From Perkinsus chesapeaki ATCC PRA-425 (Eukaryota > Protista > Perkinsozoa): a DNA stretch of 64,000 nt. The DNA lies in contig JAAPAO010000027.1 of the NCBI GenBank assembly GCA_013115145.1, positions 60,240 through 124,239 of the forward strand, in the 5' to 3' direction. This document shows positions 34,601 to 47,438 of the stretch, piece by piece. The notes under the pieces are model-generated. The model ran no database searches, was not told the origin of the DNA, and saw only the letters and a program-made list of their open reading frames with translations. Every line of letters begins with the position of its first letter. Within the stretch, counting starts at the first letter, position 1. The translations under genes were made by a program, and so were the position numbers.

Positions 34601-36218
34601 TGATCGAAGAAGTTGTTCCGTTAGCAGCAGCTCGAAGGTTTCCCCAATGTTCATCTTGTTTGTCTGTCAGCGGTGGAGCCCGATGGATCATTGCCTACGA
34701 AGTTCTCAACGGTTATTCAAATCGATGTTCTTGGTCTGAATAAGGCCGATGATGCCCAGGAGAACAGCAACGTTAGTGAGACCAATTTGGCATCGAAGAT
34801 CGATACAGCTAGGAGGAAGTCGGCGGCTAAGCTGGAGAGAGCTGCTACTGATCTCATTCCGCAGGTGGGTCCGGATTGTTATTGGGATAGCGGAGGGAGC
34901 GGTATGAGATGTCGACATTAGTTCTTAGGGTCGAGGGTTTTCATATGCGGTTGGATGTCGGACTCCACCTTATTTCCGTAGGCTTTTTAGAATGATTTTG
35001 AGGAAAATTTTGAGACTGTGAAAACATCCGGAAAATGCGTCTCTCAAGATAAAACTGGAATGATAAGCTAACAACCGCGGTAAGATTGACAAAGGTTTCT
35101 TTGGCGTGTAAAATGAATAGGGATGATTTAAAGGGTGGAGTGTGTCTCGTCGATTCCACCCTGTTTAGGCTCCTATGGTCCAACATGCCCAGAGTATCCG
35201 TAAGATGAAGAGTAGTAGACATAACTTGGAGTCATTTGCGGCGAGCGAGACATCGGAGAACTCGGAGGGCGGCAGCAAGAAAATTGAAAGGCAGAAGACC
35301 ACCTTACCGCTGCATTATACAGAGCAAACTCATCAACGTATCACGTACGGCAACGATGACGGTTCGAGGATCCCTAGGGGACTCACCAAGGATGCTAATG
35401 AGCTTGCGAGTGGTCGGCCGATGGGTCTGCTCGCTGGTGAGGAAGGCGGTAATGAGACCTTTGCTGAGGCTACCTGTAAGGGCATGACTTTGCCCTGGAG
35501 GAGCTTCAAGGCTGGCGCTGGAGTTATAGTGTTGTTATGGCTGTGGGGAATCATATACGCTTTTATAGTGGCATCTGGAACTACTACGTGGGGGTGGAAT
35601 AATAAGCTGGGATTGGTGGTAAAGGAGGAGCCGGGGGAGAGTGAGGAGGAGAAGGAACTTGCTCATGCGGGGATGCCAAGGGACAGCGAGAAATTACGTC
35701 GGTTGCAGGATTTGAACCTGGGTGTTCGGGTTCAGTTTGACGGGGAGGGAACTCTGTTCAACCCGGTGAGTCTGACTCTCGGTCCCGACGACGATATGCT
35801 CTTTGGTGACAATTATGGTAACCAGTGGACTGCGCCGGCGGAGGGCGGACGGGTCGCTGAGGCTGTGGGAAAAGCGGTAGCGCCGAGCGAGATATCTGTT
35901 GAGGAGGACAGTGTGTATCGCTACGTCGCCGGCAAGAAAGTTGGGAAGCTTCCAGTGCCTTCGAAGGTTAAAATCAGCGGCAGTTTGGTTGGAGCATGCA
36001 AGGCTGGTTCAGGCAGCGATATTAAGGCTGTTACTAAGCAAGGGGAAGTGTTGTCGTGGGACAGCGCGGGGCAATGGACGGGGCTGTCTAGAATCGAAGG
36101 AGCTGCCGATCTCTCATTACGCGATTGTATGTATGATAGGGCAGGCCAGATGCTGGTTCTAGGAGCTAGCGAGAACGGTGTGTCGGGCGGGGAGCCGCAG
36201 GTTTGGACTGTTGGTTGA
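31643..36218 (+). CDS. Multipass membrane protein, paralog 2 (Orai-like TM1 with Glu), multi-exon
   Basis: MVVLEVGALLGGVWELFKYNRTNY..KMRVEQ / VDLYREDVRDLFELTIGKMDTYIVVNTLTLGFVVGFFYEGRL, then several TM exons and the long terminal ORF 35175-36218 with one TM and a putative extracellular domain. The exon at about 32214-32350 runs into TAG unless spliced just before it. Confidence 0.7.
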
Positions 36219-36639
36219 AGCTGTTACGTTTGTGTGGGCATGGTTGTTATTGTTGTTGGACCGATTCACCAGTTTACCGTTTGTAAGATTAACGCTAAGT
36301 CATTCGGCAAGTGGCCCCCCGCAATTTCAACCTCGTTCTCTCGGTTACAGGTGTCGTGTTGGAGAGTCACAATGGCAAAACTGGTAGACGGGGGAACGTA
36401 GCTTTATAGAATTGGATTTGTATAAGGGAGATCTGCGGCGGTCTGAGGCGATTCATTGGACACCAGGCACGCAAGGGACTCGCTGAGAGTCTGTTTTTCT
36501 CGGAGGGTGTTGCTTTTCCGCGGTGTCGATGGCCGTCCCGGAACAGCAAGAGACAGGGGCAGGCAATCGTTCTCTGGGGGCTACTCGACTATCTGTTATT
36601 GCTCCTATAGGGCCGGTGGCATTTGACTATATTTAACTA

Positions 36640-39600
36640 TGTCAAATCAAGTCATTCCTACCAATCCTGAGGGTGGGGTATCGGTGGAAGTGTTACCCAT
36701 CTCGAGGGATACCTCACAGTATGAGATGTCAGTGCTGAAGTTGACAGATGATACGACAGGGTAATTACTACGGGCAAGCAGCGGGGGTTTGTATGGTAAA
36801 GTGATATTTTAAAAGTTGTTTATTCGTTATAGTCTTGTTTAATGATTGTTATTGGGGAGATCCTCGTGATAGAAGTATCGTCAGATTCGTTCCTCTGGGA
36901 GTGTGTCTCCTAGGTTGTGCCGGTAATTGTTGTTTCTGTTCAGTACCAGTTGTACAGTACTAATGGACTGTGGTTGGACCGAAGAGATGGATACAGCTAT
37001 GCTGGCACCCTTGGTAGCGGACCAGCCTGGTGGTGGAGGCCGTCTTGTGGACCAGGTAGGAGGAGGAATGCTGGTGGCTGCATTAGGCCCTACCTTTCCA
37101 TTGTAGTCAAATTTTCACTCACTAAAATTTGGCATTGCATTGAATGTTTTCCAGCCTTCCTCAAAAGGCTGAAGAAGGGTCAGTCGTTCCCTCGTGAAAT
37201 TTGCTAATTTGTGGTTTTTCTATCAGATTGACGTCTGCCTGCTGTCCTTTGCTGACCTGCAGCACTGTGGTGCCTGGCCGTATGTGTATTGTCACTTAAG
37301 GCCTAAGAAGCTACAATATGCTGTAGCTCCTCCACCGGTGGGAGAGGCGGACTCGGGGGCAGCGGTCAGTAACCAACCGGCGAATGGAGCTATGGTCCTG
37401 GCAACCGAGCCGGTCAGACGATTGGGGGAATTAACGCTCACGGCGTTGCATGAGGACATTGATAAGGTAGTAGTAGTGGGAGGGAAGTGGTATTGCTGGT
37501 ATGCCACGCCATGTTGTTGCCATTAATATCACTATTGACTTAGACAGTGCAGCATTAGAGAGATGCAAATGAAGCAGAACGTCTGCGATCAGTGCTCGGT
37601 GGGACGCGCGGTGAAAAAGCAAAACTTCTGAGTAGAAAATTTCCCCATATAAAGGGACCAAGTGATCGGTTAAGGTCTTTCTCTTCGTTTGGTTCGACAG
37701 TTGGCAAGTCGAGTGTGGTCTCGGGTTCCCGAGGAGGACTGGGAAATTCTTCACTATATCGCGATAATGTAAATGATATTGACTTTCATGGGGGTAACGC
37801 ACGATGCCTATAAAGAAGCTATTTATGAAAATGTATTGTTTATTGTCAAATAGCTATACAGTGTATCACTCCGTTGTGGTCTCTGATGAATAGTAATTAT
37901 ACATGCATACGGTTAGTAATGTAATAATTGCGTTATTATTGTAATAACCATTTCCTATTTAATAGCACCATTACATACCAGTACGGCACAGCTACGACAC
38001 AATAAGTACTTTGCACTATCCCATCATTATACAAAGCTTCTGCACTACTAGTGTCTGTGGTAGATTTGGTCAGAGGGGAGCGGGTATTCATTTTGTTTCC
38101 AGTTGCGTGACCCAGTGACGACCAGTAACGACTGGATGCTGACGATCGATGACACCATCATGGCATTTAATGGCGCAGTGACGCCACTCCAATACGGGGA
38201 AGGTGTGATGTTCTCCATGCGCAGTGAAGGTCCAAGAGCGTCCAAGGGCCCCACGGTGAAGTTTACGCCGCTGCCGGCTGGTAGAATGCTGGGTGGGGCG
38301 TACTGGAGGATAGAGGTTGGGTCACAAAGTATGGTATATGCAGTGGACTATCAATTGGCTGGTGATAGGCATTTAAATGGGATGGAGCTGCCACCACCGG
38401 AACAGGTCATAAGTGCAGAGGGTTGTTAAGAGTTCGGGGCTTTTGTGGTAGGAAGATGAATAGTAAACATTTTATTAGTGAAGTATGATAAGACTAAGTC
38501 ACTTGATTCGAGTGTGTCCTACGATACGGGGACTTTTAATATCCCTTCAATATATAATCACATTTGCTTCGCGCCATATAAGTCCCTCATTCTCGACGTA
38601 TTTGCTGCTGCTCGAGGGACTCCTCAGTATCCTTGTAAGTGTCAGCACCATTTGTGTGGATCTAACCCAGCGTGGGTTGGTCGAAGGATGAGTTGTGTCG
38701 CTTGTCCCCGTATCTGTGAATCATCTCTCTGTTATTCAGGCCCCACCGAGTGTCTTGATCACCAATACAATGCCACCAGCAGTCGACGGTGCGGTGACAT
38801 GTGCCGGTCAAGGCGCCACCAGTAACATAGCGACTGAGAGCCGTAGGACTTATGATGCTGGCATCACAGCATCAAGGTGGGGGGTTGTAGGGAGGGTGTG
38901 ATGGATAGAGGTTGTGGTCAGATCTAATAGGAGGTATGCCCAGGCGGAGGAGGCGCTGCTGAGTATGATATTGAGGTCCCTGAGGAAGGACGGCACGGTG
39001 CTATTGCCGGTTGATTGCTGTTCTACAGGTAGTGAGGTTGTGCTTGGCGGGCTGGGGAAAACGTAGGGAGTAACGGCATAGGAAGGAAAGGCTTTAGCCT
39101 TTATTAAATGTCTGGAGTAAGTGCACATTGTGCATGTGTTTGTGTGGAAAGAAAATTCGGAGAAGGTTAGATATCTCTCGAAGAATGTGACTTGTACTGT
39201 GACGGTGAGGATAATGTAGATCTGTACTGCTGATGAAGCTGAAAAGATATTCTAATATTCATTCTCAGGTCGAGTATTGGAGCTTCTCTTGCTACTTGAG
39301 GCAGCCTGGGCGGCAGACGCTGGGCTACAGGTAGACAGCGGCATTGTTCAATCTCCACTAGTGTGGTGGTACTAGTGCGTGTCGGTGATGTTCCCCAAAT
39401 GTGGAACATTTCCTTGGAACTCGGATGACGAGGATGCTTGGTCTCGGTGTGATGTGTGCAAAGTAGCTTCTATAGTAGTTAGATCTGCCCTTGGATATCT
39501 GCCGTGGATCCTCCTTCACCTTACTCACCTTTCACCTTATTCACCTTACTGGAATTCTCTCAATGACTTTATATGGAAAATATACTCTTCGGTGTTGATG

Positions 39601-42600
39601 GGTGGAAAAATCAGAAATTTTCCCCAAAATTTTTCCCGTCACATATGTAGGCGAGAGCATTGACACTTTTCAAAGCAGCTCGATCAGCTTTCCGTGTGTG
39701 CCGCCAGAATTGTGCAGTGGGCGTGTGGTAGTGGTGGCATTATTGTCGTTTTACTGTTTGTGTTTATTAGGTATATCCAATTGTGTATGTATCCCCTCTT
39801 GGTGATGTAGTACTAGATCAGATAAAGATACGAATGGAATGGATGAGCAGAGTCGTAAGTTGGCTGGGAGAAGTCACCTTCCCTGTTCTTGAGGGGTGAC
39901 GTGTGGTATGATAGTATTCGGTGTCCGACGTTGATGGACTTACTAGACAGCTTGCTGTATGTCAAAGCTTCTTGAGGGAATATAGTGTTCTAAGTCCGCG
40001 TGAATCGTTTCTGTACTTATAGATGCCTTCGAAGATCATTTTGTCAGGTGCATAATGACTTTGATACCTCTATGGGGTTTATGTATCATCCCTTCCTGTT
40101 CCAACATGTCCAGTTATGCTCCAGCTTCCAAGACTATGCTCAGAACTATGCAGCGAGGAAGCCTAAGGTAAATCATTTAGTGCACGCTTCTATCCCTACG
40201 GCAATCGACTCTCTGCATTGCCTTTTCTGGCGACGATCGTCTTTATGATGATATTTGTGATACAATTGAGACTCAACTTGGAAAATCGCATTAATTTCTA
40301 AAGTACAAATCCTGGATGTTCTGTCCACCACGGTGCCCCCCACTCCATCATTCCGCTTGATGCTCATTGCAAAAATGCCAGGTGGTGCTGGCGTCGAGTG
40401 CTTCTCTCGAGATCGGTGATGCTCGGGAGATCTTTTGCCGAATGTGTGGTGACCCCAACAGTATGGTTATCTTTACCACGTCTGATGTTGCCTATCGAGA
40501 TTGTCTTGCCCAGAGGGTTATCCATGACTTCGTGGCTGAAAGGCCGGAGAATCCTAATGGTGAGGCGAGCAGTTTCGGAGGGTGGGAGGATGAATTTTTC
40601 GCAGAGCCAGTGACGTATAGGGAGACTCAGTTCATTAAGACGTCTTATACGGATGAGCAGCTCCGAGAGGTTTACAGAGAGAGCTTGGCGCGTGAATCTC
40701 AGGAAGAAGTAAGATACTTCTGAATTTCGTGGCGCGCGTATTTTCCATCCAGCTGGCAATGAGGCGTAGACGGAAAGAGCGAGATAGAAGAGAAAAGATG
40801 GCTGCTCAGAAAGCGGCAGTGGCAAGGCGACAACAGCAGGGAATGGGGGAGAACTTCGCAGAGGGGATGGCCAGGCAGATGCTACAGAGCACCGGGCTGG
40901 TGAGCACTATAGGACGCTTTTTGTCCGGCAGTGAATCAGGGTATCAATTCCACCATTTTCGTCGTAATATCGGTGACAGTGTGCAGTGAATCTTCGGCGA
41001 TGGCCGCTGTTATCAGTCGAGTTTGGTGTATAAGCTTTATTTCGATTTTTTAGGAGAGCGCTAAGAATGGTGATGAGCAAGGGTCTGGCTCCGGCACGGC
41101 CTTAATATCACTGGAGAGCCGCAACCAAGCATCGGTATACGATGTCGAGGGTGGACAAGTCAATGGATTCTTCAGACCTGGTGGGTGTAGCACACTGATG
41201 ATCGGAGAGTGGGATGTTATCGGGAAATAGGAGATCATCACGGCCACGATCACGTCGAGAATCGCGGGAGCTTTTAGGCGCCGTACGGATATGGAAAACA
41301 CTTTTCTGAACATCCTGTGCGAAACTTATTTGTTTGATTAATGCTTTAGCTCCTTTGTACGTGGTATTATGGAACGCCATTTCACTTGACAGTCTTAATT
41401 ATTTCATCGAAGGGGGTGCGCATTCCTGTAACTCAGCGGTCAAGATGTTATTGGTTGGCTGTTGGCTGTTGCATACTCTATCAGGTATGTTCTATTCCCA
41501 AACCGCAGCGGCGCCCTCTGCCGGTGGTCCTGGTGGGAACGGCGCTGTGGGGCCGCCAGGCGGTGGTGCAGCAGCAGCAGCACGAGGACCGATGGGAGAT
41601 GAGGATGAGGAGATGGGGGGAGTGGCCAATAGAGGAGGAGCTCAGATTGCTGATGAGTGAGAATCGTTAGAATTGTTATTATATTCCATTTTGCGAGGGA
41701 AGATGTAGCCTTGTTGTTGTTCTTGTTGCTGCATGGTTATGATCCATTTGCTATGGAGTGCATGATGCTATGCTGGATCTTGCAGATTTCAGCAAGCCCT
41801 CCTAAAGTCCTTATCTTCAAGGCGGATTAGCGCATTTTTGTATATTAACCGAATTGTAAACCAACTTACAGGATTCGATAGTTACCTCAACTGCCGAATC
41901 CTCTTAATTATATTAAGTGATCTGACCCTTTACTTCGCGGTGGTCGGTCTGAAGTGAGTGATTTCTGTAGATACGGAGTGCATTTGGATAACAGTGTTAT
42001 CGATTCGTGGAGGGCTCACGCTGAGTTGGACTTTATGAGAATGAAGAAGTATAGGAAGGGGTGGTATCATGACGGTGATGGTGCTGATAAGAAGGAGATG
42101 AAGGATGAGCCTCACGGACGTCATATCTAAGCTTCATGCGTGCAAGATGCGAAGTAGGTGGATACTGTTCAGATTTCCGTGTGAAACAGCAGATGAAGGT
42201 AGCCAAGGATGAGCTTAAAGCGGACATCGGTGAAGATGATGGCCAACAAAGAATGAAGGTATCACCTTATCCAACAAGCTTCTTTTTATAGTCCAATCGA
42301 TAGTCAAACAGGACTTTGTCTGCAACTCAAGTTAGCGTATGGCACTTGCGTATCGTCCAGACTCCCAAAACTTGTCCTCAGTGCCCATCCTAGTAGTGCT
42401 AAGGCAGTGCAAAAATTGCTCACCGAATCGCCGTGATTTAGACGATGTTATTCACCGACTGAAGTTCCTCAGAACTTTTCTTTCCCTTCAACAAACGTAG
42501 GAGTCCGTATACGTATTTGACTTTAGAGTCTAGTCTACTGGACTTAGTAAACCTCTAAAATTTGCTAACGGAGTTGGACGCGAAAATATAATGACACTTG

Positions 42601-45079
42601 TCTCTGGTACGGGTTACTTATAGTAAATAGCAATCAATAGTAGCTATGTATCTTACTTCTTCCAACCTACCTTAATAACATACTTTCCTAGGCCGACCCC
42701 AACGCTGCCCCTGGTGCCGAAGAGCACGACAGCTTCGACTGGCGCCGAGATCTACAGGTGCGTTTTGGCGAGCCCAAGATGGTGGAGACTCGCGAGAGGC
42801 TCATTCGGGTGAGCTGCAAGGTGAAGTTGATGGCTCCTGGAAACGGCATTGACGGTTTGGCGACGCCAGAGCACAGGTAGGCACGCTCGTGGCAGTTGTA
42901 GGGGGATTTGCTGTGGCAGGCACGAGTTGATGACGAGATTGAGGCCGAGGCATCTGGTGATACTACCATCGGTTAACTCGGATGATTTGGAGCTTATGAT
43001 ACATAGGACAGACTCTATGTTTGCTACGGGGAAGGGAGGACAGGTGGGAAAGAGGCCGATTAATGGAGAGCTGAGGGATAGTGTGTGTGGAGGAGTCTAA
43101 TAGATTGAAGATAGATACCGAACGTGTGGATAGATTATTTTATATACTCCCTGACTAGCAGTGTTGGTAGAGAAGAATGAGGTCTGGCTCAGTTATTAGC
43201 TGAAATAGAATATTCGCTATTATACTTTTAAGGCTGCTTCGGTGAATTCCCGTAGCGGGCGAATCCTATTGGAACTTGCTATTATGAGATTGAATCTCTT
43301 GAAAGATTACACCACAGTTTTCCGAAAGATTGTTATTATATAAAATAGACTTCACTTCCTGTTGCTCCCCCTTCTGTTTAAAACTGAACTCAGGCTTATG
43401 TGTGTCAAACTGGTAGAGAGCAAGGTGAGATAGAGATACAGCCAGTACAGTTTTCGTTGAGGCCGCGCAAGCGTCAGGTAAGCTGAATGTCTGTCGATGT
43501 GGTAACGAGTGCGCGTTTGCCAGTGCTATCTGGACAAGGCGCTTCAAAGGGAGCTAAAGTATATCCGTGTTGCTGCTAAGGATGGTAGCAGCTCTAAAGC
43601 AGGTGAGCAGTTTATCTTAGGATCTATCTGTGTGTCTGGATTATTATGTCCCTCTGAGGCACCGCCAGAGATAGGTGGTGTTGTTACTATGGGTGGAGAC
43701 AAGCTTATTGTTCGAGACTGATAAGGATTCATTTTCGTGAAATAGAACAAGACGGTTTCCGAGCCAGATTAGCTCGGCCAGTGCCATTGGAGATAGCTTC
43801 TATAGGGGACAGGGGAGCCAGGGAGCTGCTTCTGCTGCTTTAGATTCCAACGAGAACAGGTCATGTGCCCGAGTGGCACTGTGTCGTGTGGCGCTGACCT
43901 CTGCAGCGGACTCGGCAGACGCTCCTTCTCGAACGGCAAGTGGTGAACCTATTGGTACAGTATTGAAGGATGCGGAAGAGGAACCTGTTGTGAAGGTGGA
44001 TGGTGATTGGGACGCTGATGCTGCTGAGGAGGTGAGGCTGGATTGGAAGAGACATAGGAGCGCAGATGAGAAACAAAACCTCTGAGAGCAGCCTCCTGGA
44101 GAAGCATCTATAGCAGTAACATATTAATATACATCTCATCGGCACTCATTTGATAGTGATGCCATTGATACATTTATATTCCGCGAAAAGTGGGTACACA
44201 GTAGCTCTCCACTTGAGCTGTACGTGTCTCTTCTTTAATATGGCGAGCGCGAGTCCGCATTTCGTGAAATTAGTTAGCAGCTTCCATCTTTTCAGATTCT
44301 CTGTCGACCCGGGCTGCTCCTGTCCTCTAAACCTCTGAGACTCGCACGTCTTCGTGATCGACTTCAACGTAAGCTGAGCGCCAGAGGCAGCAACCAGCCC
44401 GCGTCGACTTGCATCGAGTTCAAGACGCGGCCGAAAGGGGGTTTGGTTAGTAACGGTGAGTTCACCATGACGCCGATGTCCAACAGGATGTTGGTCGTGA
44501 GCTCCGCTGGTGGCAAGGAGGTTTCGGTGGATACTCATCATCAGGGCAGGTAGGCTGTGATTTAGAATATGCGCAGTAGGACTCATGGTTTAAATGGTGG
44601 CTCAGCCATAGAAGTGAAGGAGTCATGTCTACGACTGATGGCTGGGAGAAGCTCATTTGATGCTATCTTTCTTGTCTGGCATCATATGTTGGATTATAAT
44701 TTCGTTGCGTATTCGCATCGGTTAAGATTCTCGAACTCCGTGAGGGCATGTCTGGGCTTTCAATTACAAGTAGCTCCCTCATTCCTCTTTCATCGTTCTC
44801 AGACCTGCTGCTCGCGAAGCAGCTCAAGATTTGGGTGTGGCCGCCGTGGGTGCTTTGGGCGAGACAGATGAAGAAGGCTCTGCTCACGCACAGACGACAG
44901 TCATTCAGGTTAATGGAGGTAAACGTCTGTCTCATGTTGCATACCATTTATAAGGTTTTTCTCCCTCTTGTTAATTTTTCCCACTTAGCTAGATTTTTTC
45001 CACGGATTTTTCCTCAGATCTCTGCTCTAACCTCTTCAAGGTCCGCGATGCGATCTACGAGCAATTTGCTGAAGCCTGA
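36640..45079 (+). CDS. CPSF2: Cleavage and polyadenylation specificity factor 100 kDa subunit, many introns
   Basis: Exons give LMDCGW, IDVCLLSFADLQHCGAWPY, TPLPAGRMLGGAYWRI..VYAVDY, GTVLLPVD, RVLELLLLLE, VVLASSASLEIGDAREIF and the C-terminal GDLCSNLFKVRDAIYEQFAEA*, in the order expected for CPSF100. Confidence 0.88.
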
Positions 45080-45166
45080 GGGAACTTCCTTTGAACGTTT
45101 TCTTAATCTTAAAAGCCTGTTGTGTTCGCCGCATCGCGTCTCCAATTTTGTATCGAAGGTGTTGAA

Positions 45167-46522
45167 ATGAAGCGCAGGCGAAGGGTCTGCACGCGCTCAA
45201 CCTGCCGGCGCCTGTTCGCTCTGGTGGTCGTGCTCGCCATCTGGTCTTTGTTTACGAGGGCTCCCACACATCAGTTGACAAGTGATAGTGTTGTAGAAGA
45301 TGTTGTTGAGAGCTCTAAGCACAAAGTCCTCTTCAAGAGCTTGATAGAGCAATTTGAAGATAGAAATGAAGCTCGAAAATGCAGCCTCCTGTCGGGTCTG
45401 GCAAGGGTTGAGAAATACCGGACTTCGTGGGCGAACCAGTCCAAGGTATATTGCCAAGGGGGCCGAAGTACCCTGGAGTGCTATGATAAAGTGAAGGGAG
45501 GGGTTGCACGGAACTACCTGTGTGTTGGCCGGCATTTGTACGCAAGGACAGAGGAGATCACAGAGCTCACTCGCCACAGACTTTACGGCCAGTGTGGGGC
45601 ATCCAGGGAGTTCAGGGAGATAAAGTTCATCGAATGTGAAGACAAGAAGAATAAGCAACTTTCCGAATTCAAGGATACTAACGAGACAATGGCAAACTGC
45701 ACGCGTACGTTAGAAACGGTCATAGTATTTCGCACCAGGGAGACGTTGGGGAAGAACCCTTGGCACAGTCATGAGGAGATAATGACCCTTTTTATCACAA
45801 TGGCTGCTATGCAGCTCAACCCCGGCGACGCTGTGTTGCTGGTAAACCGACCGCGGCCACCGATGGAGAAGACCTTCCCGTTGCTGGAAATATACGAAAC
45901 CGCGTTGGCTCCAGGGAAGCTAATCTATGCCGATGAGCTGGCGAGGGAAGAAGGCACCATCTGCTTTGATAGGGTTATATTTCCTGTGCCACCCGAGCAG
46001 GCATTTCACACAAAGTTACCGTTGGAGGGGTGCGGAAGGTCATCGATCTTGATGGCTTATCGCGAACACATTATGAGTGTTTATGGTGTGACGCCGAAGC
46101 ATTCGGAACATGTACGAGTCACCGTCATCTCGAGAAGCCACGGTTTTAACAGGCGCGTGGCGAATGAGGCTGAACTGGTCGAAGCGTTTCAAGAACACCA
46201 TGGGCAGGTTCGCCTGGTCGAGTTTGGTGAGATGAAACTGGGCGAGCAACTCGATGTTGCTGCCAATACAGACGTGCTAGTAGGAGTGCACGGCGCGGCC
46301 TTGTGGTGGCTTATTTTACTGCCGGACTGCGGGCAAGTGCTCGAGCTCGGCACCGGTGCTGATGGCCATTATAGGGACCTGGCCGCGTATAGAGGAATCA
46401 ACCATGCGTTTTTGAACCAAAGGGTTGGTCACTCTGTTAAGGAGTTCGAGGTTGACATAAAGAATCTTCTTGGCGGTGTTGACGTTGCTGTGGAGAGATG
46501 GCACAAATGCATGCGTTCTTGA
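45167..46522 (+). CDS. Glycosyltransferase family 61 (EOGT/POMGNT2-like) type II membrane protein, intronless
   Basis: N-terminal TM RRLFALVVVLAIWSLF; C-terminal VTVISRS..RRVANEAEL, Q..VAANTDVLVGVHGAAL and VLEL. Confidence 0.85.
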   Translation: MKRRRRVCTRSTCRRLFALVVVLAIWSLFTRAPTHQLTSDSVVEDVVESSKHKVLFKSLIEQFEDRNEARKCSLLSGLARVEKYRTSWANQSKVYCQGGRSTLECYDKVKGGVARNYLCVGRHLYARTEEITELTRHRLYGQCGASREFREIKFIECEDKKNKQLSEFKDTNETMANCTRTLETVIVFRTRETLGKNPWHSHEEIMTLFITMAAMQLNPGDAVLLVNRPRPPMEKTFPLLEIYETALAPGKLIYADELAREEGTICFDRVIFPVPPEQAFHTKLPLEGCGRSSILMAYREHIMSVYGVTPKHSEHVRVTVISRSHGFNRRVANEAELVEAFQEHHGQVRLVEFGEMKLGEQLDVAANTDVLVGVHGAALWWLILLPDCGQVLELGTGADGHYRDLAAYRGINHAFLNQRVGHSVKEFEVDIKNLLGGVDVAVERWHKCMRS

Positions 46523-46642
46523 TCAGTCAGCAAATCCTCGTTGATTGGAGGGAGTTGTGTTTAGCTGACCGGTCTCTGTAGCATTCTAGCAGTTGCCGTT
46601 TTGTGGCGTTATTTCAGAAATTTAACATTTCGACTGTGGAAT

Positions 46643-47438
46643 ATGGCACCACGAACCAAAACTAACGAAGTAAGCGATCAGCTGGCAACACCGTGCCAAA
46701 TGCCCATCCTTCAGGGAGCTCTTCTGTGGGTAGACTGTGAGATGACGAACCTTGGCGATGCCTATGGTGTGCTGGGGGAGACCGATCGCCTCTTGGAAGT
46801 TGCGCTCATAGTAACGGACAAAGATCTCAACATCATCCATGAGGTGGGCACTTTCCTTGGTTTTGGACTTATCCATTTTGGTGCTCTAGGGCCCCGATCT
46901 TGTGATACATCAGCCTGATGAGGTCTTGAACGGTATGAACGATTGGTGTAGGAAACAGTTCGGGTGGAAGGACGGCAAAGCCGTTCCTGGCTTGCTGGCT
47001 GACGAGGTCACCAAGTCCACCGTAACCGAGGGAGAAGCAGATAGACAACTGGCTGAGGTGAGTGTTATGTGCTATATTTTGTCTTATTCTTCAATGGACA
47101 GGTTGCAGCCAAATTTGTCGGTGAAGGTCAGGGGCTTCTGGCCGGCAACACCGTGCATGTCGACAAGAGATTCTTGGAGAAATACATGCCGAGGTTCAGT
47201 GGTGAGTTGGAGCGCGCTCGCGATGGGTGTTGTAGGTTTCCTGGTAGGATACCTTCATTATCGAGTCCTAGACGTGAGCACTATAAAGGAACTGGCGAAG
47301 CGTTGGGACCCTAAGGCACTCGAGGCGTTCAATGGCAAACGGGCGACACACCGTGCGCTTGAGGATATCCAGGACAGCATCAACGAGCTTAAACACTATA
47401 GAGATTGTGGCTTTATAAACTGCAAGGCGTCTCACTGA
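46643..47438 (+). CDS. orn: Oligoribonuclease (REXO2/Orn, DEDDh), about 4 exons
   Basis: LLWVDCEMT, LLEVALIVTDKDLN, LAGNTVHVDKRFL, YLHYRVLDVSTIKELAKRW, HRALEDIQDSINELKHYR. Confidence 0.93.

Noticed and set aside
44146-44586. 146-aa minus-strand ORF
   Set aside because: Overlaps plus-strand CPSF2 C-terminal exons (PLRLARLR..IEFK..RMLVVS).
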